A stretch of 64,000 nt of DNA, from contig OX597814.1 in the NCBI GenBank assembly GCA_951406725.2, positions 147,250,001-147,314,000 on the forward strand. Reading direction: 5' to 3'. This document shows positions 13,456-27,655 of this stretch, piece after piece (within the stretch, counting starts at the first letter, position 1; every line of letters starts with the position of its first letter). The translations under genes were made by a program, and so were the position numbers. Origin of the DNA: Octopus vulgaris (lineage: Eukaryota). Under the pieces are notes generated by a model that searched no databases, was not told the DNA's origin, and saw nothing but the letters and a program-made list of their open reading frames with translations.

Positions 13456-14829
13456 CATTATTCTTTAAAACTGTGTCATTGGGCCCAATGCGACAGGAAA
13501 CTTTGTAGGTTCCTTACGGAAACGTAACTCGTCGGGTTGAGTATACATATGCGTTTGTGTATATGTATATATAAGTCATTTGTGGAGGGCATATGTAAGA
13601 GTTTGCCGTGTTTGTACGTGTGTAAGTATTCGTATGTAACAAGTAGGTAGGTGTGGATATGTGTATTATGTGTGACCATGCAAGGAGCTTATGTATATGG
13701 CTACATGTATGTCTGAAAAGGGTATGATGGTTGATGAACAGAAATACGCATATGTTTATGAATATGAAACGTAAGTGTAAAGGGTGAAGAACTGTATATA
13801 ATTGGAAGGTGTTGTTTGTTATATATTTGGTTGATTTCGTATCGACTTTCCCGACAAACATTATTTTGAGTGCTAATTTAATACAATAGCGTTCACTTGT
13901 TATTTGTTATGGTCAATAGTTTGGATTTTAGGCCTATACTCAGGTATACATTTTTAATATCTCCGTTGTTCATGTGTTTATTTTGGCATTGAATTACGAC
14001 ATGATTACGGCTTCCATAATACTTTTAATGTTATGGGGAATTTTATTATATAAGCCAGTGTTCTCGTCTAGGTTTCTACTCTGTAATTTTGATTTGTAGA
14101 GTTTGGTATATTTTGTTATATCCCGCATAGTTATACGGATTTCTTTGATTCTCTAAAGGGCCGTGAATTAATGTATCTGTTTCCCGATACCCTTGGCGAA
14201 TAAATGGGGTATCATCTGAATTATTCTCGATTTTAAATTTGAATATTGAGCTCTATTCTACAAGTTCCTCTTCAGAACTTTCCTTAGTGTATTCGAGAAA
14301 ACAGGCATATCAACTACGAATCAAGTGTGTAATATATCTATGTTTTAGTATATTCCTGTTATTATTATAGAATGCCCCAAAGGTAGGTACTAAAGTTACA
14401 CCATTGTCAATCTGCTTGCTTCATAGTTTAACCTATTTTGAATTAAAATTTTCTATATTGCTTAACATCATTTATCCTATTTAATTATATCCTCGGATTC
14501 CATATTTCCATTCGCTTTAGTTGAGAGTAGCTGTGGCACGACCAAATTGTCTGAAATTTCGTTGAACATTTTCCATGTTTTCATGGTATGATATACAAGT
14601 TTAGTTTTATATATTTCAAGGATAATTTACTTATACATGTTTCACTAATCGTAGTAGTGCGCTCAGCATTTCTCTTTTACTTTTGAGACGTTTGAATTTC
14701 CTATTAGTTGCGAGCTGATACTTCCTAAAAATATATTGAATATTACCAGACATTGCCAGATTAATTGTCAAACATTCTTATATAGGATGTCTGAGACGAA
14801 AACTTGGAATACAAATTTCAAATACAAAC

Positions 14830-14887
14830 AGAGTTGTGCGCTTATAAACACACACGCAGTATACACACACGCACACATATACAAACG

Positions 14888-14921
<34 letters not shown>

Positions 14922-14993
14922 TATATATATACAAATATAATAGCGAGATAGACAAAGAGAGATAGAGAGAGAAAATGAGAGGGTACCAAATCT

Positions 14994-15043
<50 letters not shown>

Positions 15044-15210
15044 GTATTACTTTACTCGAAAAGATATTTAACGTCTTTGATTATACCAAATGTGGTTATT
15101 AACAGTGAAAAAAGTGTGTTCGCTAAAAGCATAACACATTCAGAATATTCTGTTGCTTGTGAAACTTTTTAGTGATGTACATATATACTTTACGCGATAT
15201 ATATACAAGC

Positions 15211-15273
<63 letters not shown>

Positions 15274-15312
15274 TGCGTATCTATTTATCTATCTATCTAC
15301 CTACCTATTCTA

Positions 15313-15343
<31 letters not shown>

Positions 15344-15860
15344 ATCTATCTATCTATCTATCTATCTGTCTGTCTGTCTGTCAATCTATCTGTCTCACTG
15401 TCTATTTGTCCGTCAATCAAAAATAAATGCCTGTCTATATGTATGTATGTATATACACACAAACGCGATGGGCAGAGAGATAGGCATTGAAGGAGATAGA
15501 TATATAGATAGATAGATAGATAGATAGATTTCGATTGATACACGAGTATACATAAATGCGTATAATCAGTTATATTTAATCATATATATTTATAATGATG
15601 TATTCCTGCAATTCAGTCTGTTTCTTCGGTGCGTGTATCATATATTGCATATTCTCAAGACATAGTATTTAAAGTAATTATATTCCTAATGGATTGTGAT
15701 TAGAGGAGAGTGTGAGGGATTTTATACCCAGAGGTTACAAATTGGAAATGATAACGAATAACTTCAACTAATGATGTTCTTAATTGTAGACTGCAAATGC
15801 GGATATGCACATGCAAATAAACATAAAGCGTTGTAATACACTCACATACTCATCGTATCA

Positions 15861-15902
<42 letters not shown>

Positions 15903-16036
15903 CTGTCTCTTACCATATTTATATGATATGCTTTTGTATCCGCATATGTGTGTGCGTGCGTTTGTGATTGTGTGTGCGTGTATGTTCGTGTGTGTGCGTG
16001 TGCTCGAGCACATATATACATGCACACATATATATA

Positions 16037-16120
<84 letters not shown>

Positions 16121-16420
16121 GAGAGAGAGGACAGAGAGAAAGAGGGAGATATATGTATACACACACTGAAATATATATATATAAATATATGCAATAAGTA
16201 TAAATATTTGAGACTTTATATTGCGTTTATAAATATGTATATACAATATAAATACATACATATATATGTGGATGGTGGTGCGTGTATGTCTATTGTGGGT
16301 ATTTCATATATATATATTTATATAGGTATTTCATATACATATATTTATATAACACTATACATATTTATACATACATACATTCATCCATACATATATTTAT
16401 ATATATGTATATATATATAT
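14830..16420. repeat. Cluster of compound microsatellites (TA, TG/CA, CT/GA, TATC/GATA)
   Basis: Direct reading; source of many spurious YI/CV-rich ORFs. Confidence 0.95.
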
Positions 16421-16421
16421 A

Positions 16422-18805
16422 GTGACGCCGACACTACTTTCGGATCACAACATGGTAGAGCTGACCATGTACGAGCCAAAGGAAAGCATGGACATGCAGC
16501 CTACAAGAAACTCTCTGAATCTTTCCAGCTTGAACTTCCATAAGGCAAACTGGAAACAAATTGAGAAAGAGATCCTCAAACAAAACTGGCCTGAATGTCT
16601 ATCCTCGCTAGACATCGACATGAAACTTCAACAATTCATGTCTGTAATGCAACCCATATGCTACAAATGCGTCCCAGAGAGAAAGGCCACTGTACATAAG
16701 AGCAAAATCCCCAGAGAGAGGAAAATTCTAATGAGACGGCGTACAAAAGTTTCAAATTGCCTAAACAAACAAATTGAAAGCAGTGAAAAGTCCCGCCTGA
16801 AAATAAAACTGTTGGAAATTGAAAAATGTCTGCAACTCTCCCATGAAAAAGAAAGCGCAGACAAAGAAGCCTAGGCTATAGAAACATAGAATCTAACCCC
16901 AGAGCTTTCAACAGGTATGCCAAAGAAACAGCTACGGTGCACTGTAGGATAGGGCCACTCCTTGAAAAGGATGGCACACTCACAGGAAATCCAATGAGGG
17001 TAACTGAAATACTAAATGAGCAATTCAAGAGTATTTTCACGCCACCCCTAAGGCATTTTCAAGTGAGCAATCCAACTGACTTCTTTACCACTGCAGATAT
17101 AAAATCAGAGGCAGCGATGATTGATTACATCAATATAAAGGAAGACGATGTAATAAAGGCTATTGATGAAATGAAAACAAACTCAGCTACTGGCCCAGAT
17201 GGATTCCCAGCAATCCTTCTAAAAGTATGTAAGAGAGTCATAGCAAGACCACTGCAGTTCCTCTTTCAGAGCTTCCTTGCAGCTGGCAAACTTCCAAGAA
17301 AACTGAAGGAAGGTAAAATATGCCCTATTCATAAGGGAGGTAGCAGAGCGGAGGCCAAAAACTACAGACCTATTTCTCTGACCTCACACATCAGCAATGT
17401 CATGGAACGAATAGTCAGAAGAAAATGACTTGCTGCCTGACACCCAACATGGTTTCCCACCAGGAAGAAGCTGCTTAACTCAGCTCCTACAACACTATGA
17501 CTTGGTGCTGAAACGACTGCTCAACCACTCAAATGTGGAAGTCATATATCTCGACTTTGCAAAGGCCTTTGATAAAGTCGATCATGGAATGCTATGTCAC
17601 AAACTGCATGATCTTGGCATAGTTGGAAAATTGGGAGAAGGGCTTCATGACTTTCTGAAGGATAGAAGTCAGGTGGTAGTAGCCAATGGGGCCACTTCCA
17701 CTAACACGCAAATAGTGAGCGGTGTTCCGCAGGGCACTGTTTTGGGACCACTACTGTTCATAATGACCCTTTCAGACATGCCCTCATCCACGCAGAGAGC
17801 CACGATCACAAGTTATGCAGATGATACAAAAGTTTCACAGGCAATACAGAACCCTGAAGACACTAAGCACCTTCAATGTGAGCTGGACAAAATATACAAG
17901 TGGGCTGAAAAGAATAGCATGCAGTTCAATGCTGAAAAGTTTCAAGCTGTATGCTATCAGCACGCAAAACTAAATGCAATACCCAATAAATACACTGGAC
18001 CTAGAGGGACTGCAATCCCAGTGGCACAATCAGTGCGAGACCTGGGTATTTACATAAGTGATGATGCAACATTTCATGTGCATGTTGTTAAATTGACAAT
18101 GAATGTAGGCGGCTGACCGGATGGATTCTTAGAACCTTCAGAACAAGAGACCAGGAAACCATGATGGTCCTCTGGAGGACACTTGTCCTAAGCCATTTTG
18201 ACTATTGCTCTCAGCTATGGTCACCATCCAGTGTCAAGTTAATCACAGAACTTGAGGCGATCCAACGAAGCTACACGAAGAAGATAGCCTCTGTGCAGCA
18301 TATAAGCTATTGGGAAAGACTCAAAAGATTGAGACTCTATTTCCTTAGAGCGTAGGCGAGAAAGATATGCCATAATATACATCTGGAATATCCTAGAAGG
18401 CCTTGTTCCAAACTTTGGCATCGAGAGTTACACAAATACCAGAACTGGGCGCCACAGCATAGTGCCAAGGACTCCAAATTTGCCATCTAGATGTAGGACA
18501 AGATTCTGTGATCGCCTGGGCTTCTGAGGCCCACAGCTCTTCAATATCCTCCCGAAGAACCTAAGAGACCTGCATGGGGTGAATGCCGATGTCTTTAAAA
18601 TGAAACTGGATCTCTTCTTGTCAGGTATCCCAGATGAACCAACTGCACGGCAGGAGGTGCAGATGAGGGCAGCTGCATCGAACTCTCTCATGCACCAAAT
18701 GGCAATTGCTAAAAAGCATTCGTGAAGTAAAATCATGTAGCAACACCAAATGGCGGTGCCCCAGCATGGCCACAGCTTGTGAGCTGAAACTAGATAAATA
18801 AAAAA
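16422..18805 (+). mobile_element. 5'-truncated CR1-like LINE ORF2 pseudogene (APE end + RT + 3' UTR)
   Basis: SDHN (APE end), ATGPDG, NYRPISLTS, QHGF..GRSC, YLDFAKAFDKVDH, SGVPQGTVLGPLLF, YADD, DYCSQLWSP. Interrupted by stops/frameshifts (ORFs 16422, 16937, 17430, 18161). 3' tail ends ..cagcttgtgagctgaaactagataaataaaaa; flanked by TA repeats. Confidence 0.95.
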
Positions 18806-18845
18806 TATATCTATGCATGCATATGTACATGTGTATATATATATA

Positions 18846-19192
18846 GACCACCACATCATGAAAAAGATCAACAACCTGATCTCAAAACACTACAACTCAC
18901 CGATAATGAAAGAGACTACATCACCAATTTCGAACCAAAACCCAGCAACTTCTACGGCTTACCAAAAATACATAAATCAAAAGATATTCAACAGGCAGTA
19001 AAAGAACAAGAAAGTGAGTACATAAAATTACTACATCCAAAATACCTAAATCTTAGACCTATTATAGCTGGTCCAGCATGCCCTACCTACCGTCTAAGCA
19101 ATTTTATTGACATTGTTTTGATACAACTATGTACTTACATATCCAGTTTCATTAGGGATGACATCGACTTCCTGTCCCATCTTCCCAAAACA
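18846..19192 (+). mobile_element. Penelope-like element (PLE) reverse-transcriptase fragment
   Basis: Open frame from 18896: LTDNERDYITNFEPKPSNFYGLPKIHKSKDIQQAV..LNLRPIIAGPACPTYRLSNFIDIVL..SFIRDDIDFLSHLP. FYGLPKIHK..LRPI are hallmark PLE RT motifs. This frame is absent from the ORF track. Confidence 0.9.
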
Positions 19193-19772
19193 AGATATGT
19201 ATCTTTCAGTGAGGATGTATCTTTCTTACCGATTTCAGATACTTGGTTTCTATTCATGAAAACAGTTTTTCCTGCTTAATCGCTATTGTCATTTCTAGAA
19301 TCTTTATATATGTTTTTCTGAGTTTGTCAGAGTACTCTTGTGATGCGTGCACTTCATAGGTTTAGTAATTATTTTGTTATTATAGTTCTGACGGTATCGA
19401 GCTATTGATTCAGCGGATATGTGTGGTTTGGGCTGCTCTGCTCAAATCCTAATATTTTCCTCTGAATTTCAATATAACATTGGTAAGAATAACATCTACA
19501 ATTTTTTTTTAGTCTCTAGTGGGAAAACAGTTTGAAATTTCCATTATCGAAATCTATATTTAAATGATAAATTATATTTCAAACTCATGTATTGCACTCA
19601 TAGATAGAGACGGAAGCCATACAGAGAGAGAGGCACACATGAAAAGACATATACGTGTGCGCGATTGTATATTTACGCGCGGATACCTAATTACATATGA
19701 ATACAATATAGACACTCACTATATATATGAATGCATAGAGACACACACTATACATATATATATATGTATATA

Positions 19773-19820
<48 letters not shown>

Positions 19821-20552
19821 AATGTTTGTATATACATAAATACATATGTATATAAATATGTAATATACATTTATATATATTACATATATATCACAAATAT
19901 ATATACATATATATATACACACACGTGTGTGTGTATGTGTATATGCTTGTGTGCGTGTGTGAATCTGTGTGGTGTAAGTATGTATGTATTTATGTATCGA
20001 AAATCAGGATAGCGTATCCATATTTGCTTGGTATATAATTTCTAGAGTATTAACAAATCTGTTGGGGGTCTTGCAGTGAACTTAGTAATATCACACTGAC
20101 GCAATAAATTCTTTGTATGTAACTAACCGGCTGTGGCGCCATTTGGATTACTATGCATCTTCAGATGCTGTTACCGCTAGATTAACGATAGATTTGGTGG
20201 TCCAAATTGTTTACTTGATTTAGAGAAAGCATTTCTTGGAAAAAATGTACCAGGGGTAGTAAAACTGGAATCTATTACAGCTGAGTTGTGAAACATGTTA
20301 TAGCTTAACTTTGAAAACATATTACAGCTTAACTTTTGGCATATCTTAATTTGTCATGTTTTCAACATTGATATTATACAATTTATGTTGCCTTTGAATT
20401 CAGTTAATTGTACAATTACTGTTTATTCAACAATACCATGACGAACGATGCCGTTAGATATGAAAGGGAATAAGGAACTAAGAGTGTTTGCTGTTATACT
20501 TTACTGTTGCTGTAAAATTTTCACCCGCTTATTGAAGATTGCAACATTTCCT

Positions 20553-21056
20553 TTTTTATGTGCTCTTTTCAAGCCTAGCCAGGCTCATGGGCCCAGTTTC
20601 TCGGTACATCGCAGCATTACTCAAGAAACAGGAAGAAAGAGTGAGAGAAAGTTGGGGCGAAAGAGTACACCCCCTTCCGGAGCTCGTGGAGCTTTAGGTG
20701 TTTTCGCTCAATAAACACACACAACGTCCGGTCTGGGAATCGAAATCACAATCCTCTGAGCGTGAGTCCGCTGTCGTAACCACTGAGCCATTGCGCCTCC
20801 ATAAATGCGCCCTTTTAAAGCCTAGGCAGGCTCATGGGCCCGGTTTCCCTGTTTCAATGGCGTATGTGTCCCCCAGCTGGACGGGACGCCAGTCCATCGC
20901 AGCGTTACTCATTTTTGCCAACTGAGTAGACTGGAGTATTTTTGCCAGCTGAGTGGACTGGAGCTCAAGAACACAACGCGTCGCCCGGTCCAGGAATCGA
21001 AACCATAATCTTACGATCATGATACTGACAAGCTAACCACTAAGCCACGCGCCTCC
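20553..21056 (-). mobile_element. Chimeric SINE dimer (family B + family A head with B-type tail) within one 11-bp TSD
   Basis: Two tRNA heads (ggaggcgcgtggcttagtgg at 21056 and ggaggcgcaatggctcagtgg at 20800); TSD caacatttcct at 20542-20552 and 21058-21068. Confidence 0.85.
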
Positions 21057-22194
21057 ACAACATTTCCTATACTAACATTTAATGAAATCAGAAAGGTATG
21101 CGCCCAGACGTACTGCTATACTGAATGTTTTCAGCAGCTGTTCTAACATTCATTTCAATGCTGTATTTATTGAAACAGAGTAAGGATTTGAACTTCACTT
21201 CACATAAGTCTTGAAAGTTTTGAGAAGTACACTGTAAGGTTTAAGTTGCAAACAAGATGTTTGGTCGATCGATGTGATTTCCATTCCAGATATGGTTCTA
21301 CATGGAAAATATCACTCTATTACTGAAGATTCCAAACACTTGTAACTGGATTTATTTTTGGATAATTCGTAGCGGGTAATTTTTTTTTCTCTGTGTGCAA
21401 ACGCTATTTCAAGTTCTTGCAACAACGTGCTGTTTTTCTTGAATGTTATTATTCCACTGAAAATAATCATCTGAGCAACATTGTAATGAGATAGAATTAC
21501 TGTTACGTGTCTATAGTTGCATGCCTGAACAATGCTTCGTGCTTTGGATATTTAGCGATATTAATGTTTCTTTCAGAATTACAGCAATTTGCACTGTTTC
21601 GCACTCTTGTGGAGAAGTTTCAAGTGTTTAATATGTACGTCTTTTCATGACTTTAAATGGGAAGCCGAAACCTCATTTGATCATGGAGTCTAGTTGCAGC
21701 TAAGTGAGACTATTGCCTCAATTTATGTGTCTTCTATTAGAATTGTAATTAGTTTGATAATGTGTTACTTGTATTTCGTCTTACTTTTATTGCTAACTTC
21801 CAAGTCTACAGTGATCATGCTTATGATCAAGAGCACTTTTGCTTTTGATCATATCTATGATTACTTAATCATGACTACAGCCATAATATATCTTAGATAA
21901 CGTGTTCTATGTTCATCGAGAAAGATGTTGTTATTTGATGGAAATATGGCTGATATTCTTACTATTAGGTTTGACCTGTAAAAAGTTGTTGCGCTTATTC
22001 CGTGATCATTAGATTCTAATAAAAAATCATCGTTCTGTATGCTATTTCTCGATGGTCTCTTTACTTCCCTCTAGCTGACCAAACGTAGGACTTTCGGACT
22101 CCTTTTTTATATATCGATGACCTTTTCTCTAGATGACACTCATGGGAAATACCATCAATAGATGAACAATTTTATATATATATATATATATATA

Positions 22195-22594
22195 TTCTTT
22201 TACTCTTTTACTTGTTTCAGTCATTTGACTGCGGCCATGCTGGAGCACCGCCTTTAGTCGAGCAAATCGATCCCGGACTTATTCTTTGTAAGCCCAGTAC
22301 TTATTCTATCGGTCTCTTTTGCCGAACCGCTAAGTGACGGGGACGTAAACACACCAGCATCGGTTGACAAGCAATGCTAGGGGGACAAACATAGACACAA
22401 ACACACACATACATATATATACATATACATATATACGACAGGCTTCTTTCAGTTTCCGTCTACCAAATCCACTCACAAAGCATTGGTCGGCCCGGGGCTA
22501 TAGCAGAAGACACTTGCCCAGGATGCCACGCAGTGGGACTGAACCCGGAACCATGTGGTTTGTTAGCAAGCTACTTCACACAGCCATTCCTGCG

Positions 22595-22596
<2 letters not shown>
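22195..22596 (-). mobile_element. tRNA-derived SINE family C, full length
   Basis: Head ggcgcaggaatggctgtgtg..ggttcagtccc, internal TA/TG tract, tail ggcggtgctccagcatggccgcagtcaaatgactgaaac; several other copies in the window. Confidence 0.9.
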
Positions 22597-22640
<44 letters not shown>

Positions 22641-22643
<3 letters not shown>

Positions 22644-22927
22644 AGGCGCAATGGCCCGGTCGTTAGGGCAGCGGACTCGCGGTTTCGATTCCCAGACCGG
22701 GCGTTGTGAGTGTTTATTGAGCGAAAACACCTAAAGTTCCACGACGCTCCGGCAGGGGGTGGTGGCGATCCCTGCTGTTCTCTCGCCACGACTTTCTCCC
22801 ACTCTTTGTTCTGTTGGCCTGCTCGCCTCGCCAGTGGGGTGTCGTCATTTGAAGGCTAAAACAATGCAAAGCGCATTGTGACCAGCGATGTGTAGCAACA
22901 TCTGAGAGCCTGGTCGGTCACGTAATC
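22641..22927 (+). mobile_element. SINE family A, variant with alternative 3' tail
   Basis: Same tRNA-like head and body as 24578-24953 but ends ttggcctgctcg..ggtcggtcacgt. Confidence 0.85.
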
Positions 22928-22953
22928 ACATATATATATATATATATCATATA

Positions 22954-23139
22954 TACGACGGGCTTCTTTCAGTTTCCGTCTACCAAATCCACTCACAAGG
23001 CTTTCGTCGGCCCGAGACTATAGAAGAAGACACTTGCCCAAGGTGCCACGCATTGGGACTGAACCCAGAACCATGTGGTTGGTAAGCAAGGTATTTACTA
23101 CACAACGACTTCTGTGCCACCTTACCACACAGCCACTCA
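22954..23139 (-). mobile_element. SINE family C, 5' half
   Basis: Matches 22434-22590. Confidence 0.85.
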
Positions 23140-24576
23140 TTTATATAGCCTCTTTATTCGTCCTGTTCTTTCCATTATCCTTCATTTTATAAGTTGACTT
23201 TTCCTCGCATTGTCTTTTGTCTTTAATATATAGGCTGTGTTTTGGTTTTTTTTTAAAGTTATGTTAATGATATTGTTATTGCAACAGATTACGTTACCAC
23301 TGTGAGAATTCTTGATTTAGCTAACTCATAAAAATTCGATACCTATTTTGTGTTATATGAAAGTTTGCAATTTTTGTCGATCGATTTCTGTTTCTCTAGG
23401 GTTTAGTTTGGTCATTTGTATGCTTTTAAAGTTTCTGCAATAATTTGCATGTCTTCTGCTGTTGGCGTTGTGTGGAGTAAATCAAGAAAATCATGACAGT
23501 TTCATTTTTCAGGCATAGTGTTTCGGACTATGTTATCCATTGTGTTACTTTCAAAGACGATATTATGTGATTTGAAGTATAGTTGCTCCTATTTCTAGTA
23601 AGTTTAATAACAAGACAGAAGTTCCATTATCATACGATTTAGTATGCTTTTGACGTTATCATGTAGCTTAGTGTAACTGGCTATTTGAAACTGATTTTCC
23701 TTTCACTTTACCTCCTAAGTTAAGTGTTCTAGGAAATGAGTCTAATATAATTTTAATATAATTACTGTCAATGAATCCGATATTGAGCTGTTGATGAGCG
23801 CTCGTACGGTAAATTTTCCTTCTTGTTCCACATAATATTTAGGGTGTATTTGCTAAGGTTTTATTTTAGAAATATGTTTGGTGAAGATAATGAATAACAG
23901 AAGGTGTTGCTGTTAATTCGGTGAGGTATGTGATCGTCTTCGCTTCGGTTGTTTAGTGTACAAATCACGTGTAGTAGTCACACTATTGTATCACCACGTG
24001 TATTATCTTTATTGGTTTTGTACTAAGATGTTTCATTTTCATTTATATACACCTCAATGATCGCCACCTAATGTTACTGACGTAGTGATATCTGATGGAA
24101 GTATTGATATGATGGGGGTGAAGTGTTGATGTCTATTACGTTAATGTGCGTCATTCAAAAGCGTTTACTTGTTAGATGTTGAATTTCTTTTGTGTTCTAC
24201 GACTGTTTAATTTTTCTATATATTGACATGCTGGGTATTTGATATAAAATATGCTTTTAGACCTGATCTATGAACTGTTTACATATTGTGTTATCGGGAT
24301 GTAAATAGTGGTCTGAAGGGTCCTATTTTACGATTATAGCCATGTTATTTGCTAATAGTGAAACAGATGTTACGTGTAATGTCGGAATTTGGGATTTGGG
24401 CTTCGGTACTCTACGTGGGTTATATTGTTTGTGAATTACTTGTGCTTATTACGCCTATTTATTGTAAGCTTATGCCTGTGAAAGACAAAATGTATTATAT
24501 AAAGTAACACACAGCACTTTATATTTCAGTGGAGGGGCTCGTTCCTGCATCTGCATATACTGTTAAAATTAATGTA

Positions 24577-24953
24577 TGGAAGCACTCCGTCGGTAACGAC
24601 GGCGAGGGTTCCGGTTGATCCGAATCAACGGAATAGCCTGCTCGTAAAATTAACGTGTAAGTGGCTGAGCACTCCACAGACACGTGTACCCTTAACGTAG
24701 TTCTCGGGGATATTCAGCGTGACACAGAGAGTGTCAAGGCCGGCCCTTTGAAATACAGGTACAACAGAAACAGGAAGTAAGAGAAAGTCGTGGTGAAAGA
24801 GTACAGCAGGGATCACCACCATCCCCTGCCGGAGCCTCGTGGAGCTTTAGGTGTTTTCGCTCAATAAACACTCACACCGCCCGGTCTGGGAATCGAAACC
24901 GCGATCATATGACCGCGAGTCCGCTGCCCTAACCACTGGGCCATTGCGCCTCC
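24577..24953 (-). mobile_element. tRNA-derived SINE family A, full length
   Basis: A box tggcccagtgg, B box gtttcgattcc; TSD actgttaaaattaat (24559-24573 / 24954-24968); highly similar to 33684-34066. Confidence 0.92.
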
Positions 24954-26779
24954 ACTGTTAAAATTAATATACACTGGTACTCAAACACACACACATACGT
25001 CTTTAAATACAAGTGCATATATAGAGATATAGATATATGGAGGGTGTGAGTATTGTTATTTTTTGTTAATTGAAGCTTCTCAAACGGATTTTTATTCTTT
25101 GTTCTTCTAATTATAAATGTGGCATTATATTGTTGACAGGTAAACTACCCATCTAATTATTCTGTTACTCAGTTTCTAGCTATCGAAATCTAGATATCGA
25201 AATACATATTTCGATATCATATTATTTTATATTCACCAGCTGTGTCGCAATGTATCTAGTACTAAATGCTTAAAGAGTCTCATGTGAAAAAAGCACGCAT
25301 TTATTGAGTAATATCAAATAATTTCATGGTGCTTATACTAAATAAGGGAGTACATTCATGTTTGCAGAATATGAAGTTTCATGAAGATAAAAGAATATAA
25401 GGGTCTGTAAAATCTTATAACTCCAAAACTATATATGCAACATCATGAAAGGAAGCCTGATATATTTAACCTCACCAAGTGACCGACAACGAGTGTTATT
25501 AGTGCTGGCTCAAACAATTCATAACGACGGTAAATTGTTATTTAGAAGATTTGTCGAACTACGGCTTGATTCAAGTGTAAGATGTTGGAGTATTTGTATC
25601 ATGAAGAAGTGTTTTTGATTGACGTAAAGATGCATTTCAAAACAATAAACCCTAACGATTAAAATATTATGAACGCTGTTCTCCGTCTGGCAAGTTTGGG
25701 TCACCAAGTAAAACAAATATAGAACATATTTTAATGTTGACACCCACACCTTAACGAATATCCTTAGAACTTGTGAATTATTGTGGATTCGCCTTCTATT
25801 TTAGATGCAAAATACTGCAAAGTACTCATTATAGTACCCAAATCTACCAAATTAGAACAATTCAAATTGTTTCCACGATCTGTAATCAGAACTGCACATT
25901 TTGAATCTTCTTTTTACAGACACACATTTTGCATTTCAGCAGAGAAATATGTATCTGTATTATATGCATATTATGTCAACGATATCGCATGCATATACAT
26001 GGACACATGTTGCATAACTACAAATGTATATTTATGTATGTAAGTGTGTGTGTTTTTGTGCGTGGGTGTATGCGTGCGTATATGTGTGTGTAGATATTAC
26101 CAAACGACGAAAATAGAGGCCCTGAAATCAAAGTGAGGGGTAAAGCGTAATTATTACTATGGTCCTTGATGAATGGCAAGAATATAAAAGTGTCTTAAAC
26201 GTCAGGTAGACTACTCATAATTATTCCTTAATATCACCTTCAATTCAGTCTTGATATATTTGTCGCTATTTTTGCATTTATATCCATACGGTCAAGTGTA
26301 GATTTAAGTGATTAAGTAACGTACCAATTTACCACACCCCTAATCACACTTTATTATTTCTATAGTTAGCTGTGTGTGTGTGTTTGTGCGTTTGTGTGTG
26401 TGAGAGAGAGCGAGCAAGAGCGAGTGAGAGAGAGAGAGAGACAAGCAAAAGAAGTAGGTGTATTTATGTAGTAATTGCAGTGTGATCACAGTAGTGCTTT
26501 CCATACATAAACTTCTCAAGCCTGCAGTGACAGACATTGCGTTATTGTATGATAGCAGTACATATTATTACATTAGGGAAACTTCTCTAAGGTCATATAA
26601 TAAATCTGAGCTCTGATTGGTACTGCTTATCTGAATTTATTCATGTTAGTCTAAATTTATGTCATATCTACGATATCTCATGCAATATCCTGTATTTAAA
26701 CAATATCAAGGTCGGATATATTCTCTGAAAAAGCAGGAGGCTACCTTCACGTGATATATTTTGATTATTGATTGGGTTT

Positions 26780-27570
26780 ACCTAAAAATTCTCTGATTAA
26801 ACATATGGCATAGCAGATGAGTCTACTATCTCCATTTCACAGGAACTCTTCTTCTCATGTAGTACTCACTGCTTTGGACTCCAAATTCACTTTAGTGCAA
26901 GAAGAAGCATTAACATCATTATCATCAAATGATAACAAATGCAGAAAATATAACCAGATTTTAAATAAAACAAGGGAGCTGCCGCGACAAAATTGGCAGA
27001 GACGTTACCTAACAATGCGAATTCATTCACTTAGCTTTGCTGGCATAAAGGTAACTGTCATAGGGATACTAGTATCACTAATGGATGGGTTCACAGATTC
27101 AATTTCATTCATGGATTGATACATAAACCTTTAGAAGGCTAGTGCATTATTTATGGTCATCAACCCGAAAAGCATGAGAGGTATTTAGAGATATATTACA
27201 CATGTTTGAAGGCATGTGTGTGTGTATTCATATATCTTTTAAATTTGTTAACGGAAAACGTTTTGAATTCTCAAATAAATCTGGATTCCATTATGCTGGT
27301 CACAGCCTAATGATGCTGAGTGGTGAACCACTTTTGGGGGTTGCGTGTAGCTACACCGATATGATATCGAATAGATATATTAACTATAATCCTTGTATGG
27401 AATTTATAAACATTTAATGCATCGCTATGCGCGTTTCCACAAATCACATGACTCTTAAGATCACAGTCCTTATTACTGGGATGATTACAGTGCCCTCCGT
27501 AGTATTAGTGGGCATGGGTTGATCATCTTCATGGATTCATTTCTTTCGAGCGATATAACATTAAAGTATG
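26780..27570 (+). mobile_element. Possible ancient pogo/Tigger transposase remnant
   Basis: Frameshifted motifs RIHSLSFAGIKV, TNGWVHRFNFIHGL (~SNGWLHRFKKRHGI) and KITVLI..VLVG (~RITVLL..LVIG). Confidence 0.35.
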
Positions 27571-27655
27571 TTCAACAGAGAGATGTTTACCCCTTTTGAC
27601 ATTCGCACTCCTACCCAATATTATTTATATATATATATATATATTATGTATAATG

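Larger units (their letters stand above)
20040..24450 (-). mobile_element. Ancient, heavily decayed non-LTR (probably RLE) element interrupted by SINEs
   Basis: Scattered - strand RT-like remnants: KSALD, FGFP, CCSDD (~YADD), SYKCLGI (~YKYLGI), WRHSRL. Boundaries are approximate. Confidence 0.35.

Noticed and set aside
13475-13545. Palindrome cattgggcccaatg and GAAACGTA
   Set aside because: No CUGANGA core upstream.
19200-19500. Possible second PLE fragment on the minus strand
   Set aside because: Only a weak, frameshifted DK.GKTV.MN-like trace.
25805-25950. Possible exon (DAKYCKVLIIVP..)
   Set aside because: Weak donor, phase incompatible with 26843, no recognisable homology.
26843-27050. 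Exon-like open segment with AG/GT borders
   Set aside because: No recognisable host protein, no compatible neighbouring exon, and the adjacent sequence looks like a decayed pogo transposase; RNA-seq would settle it.
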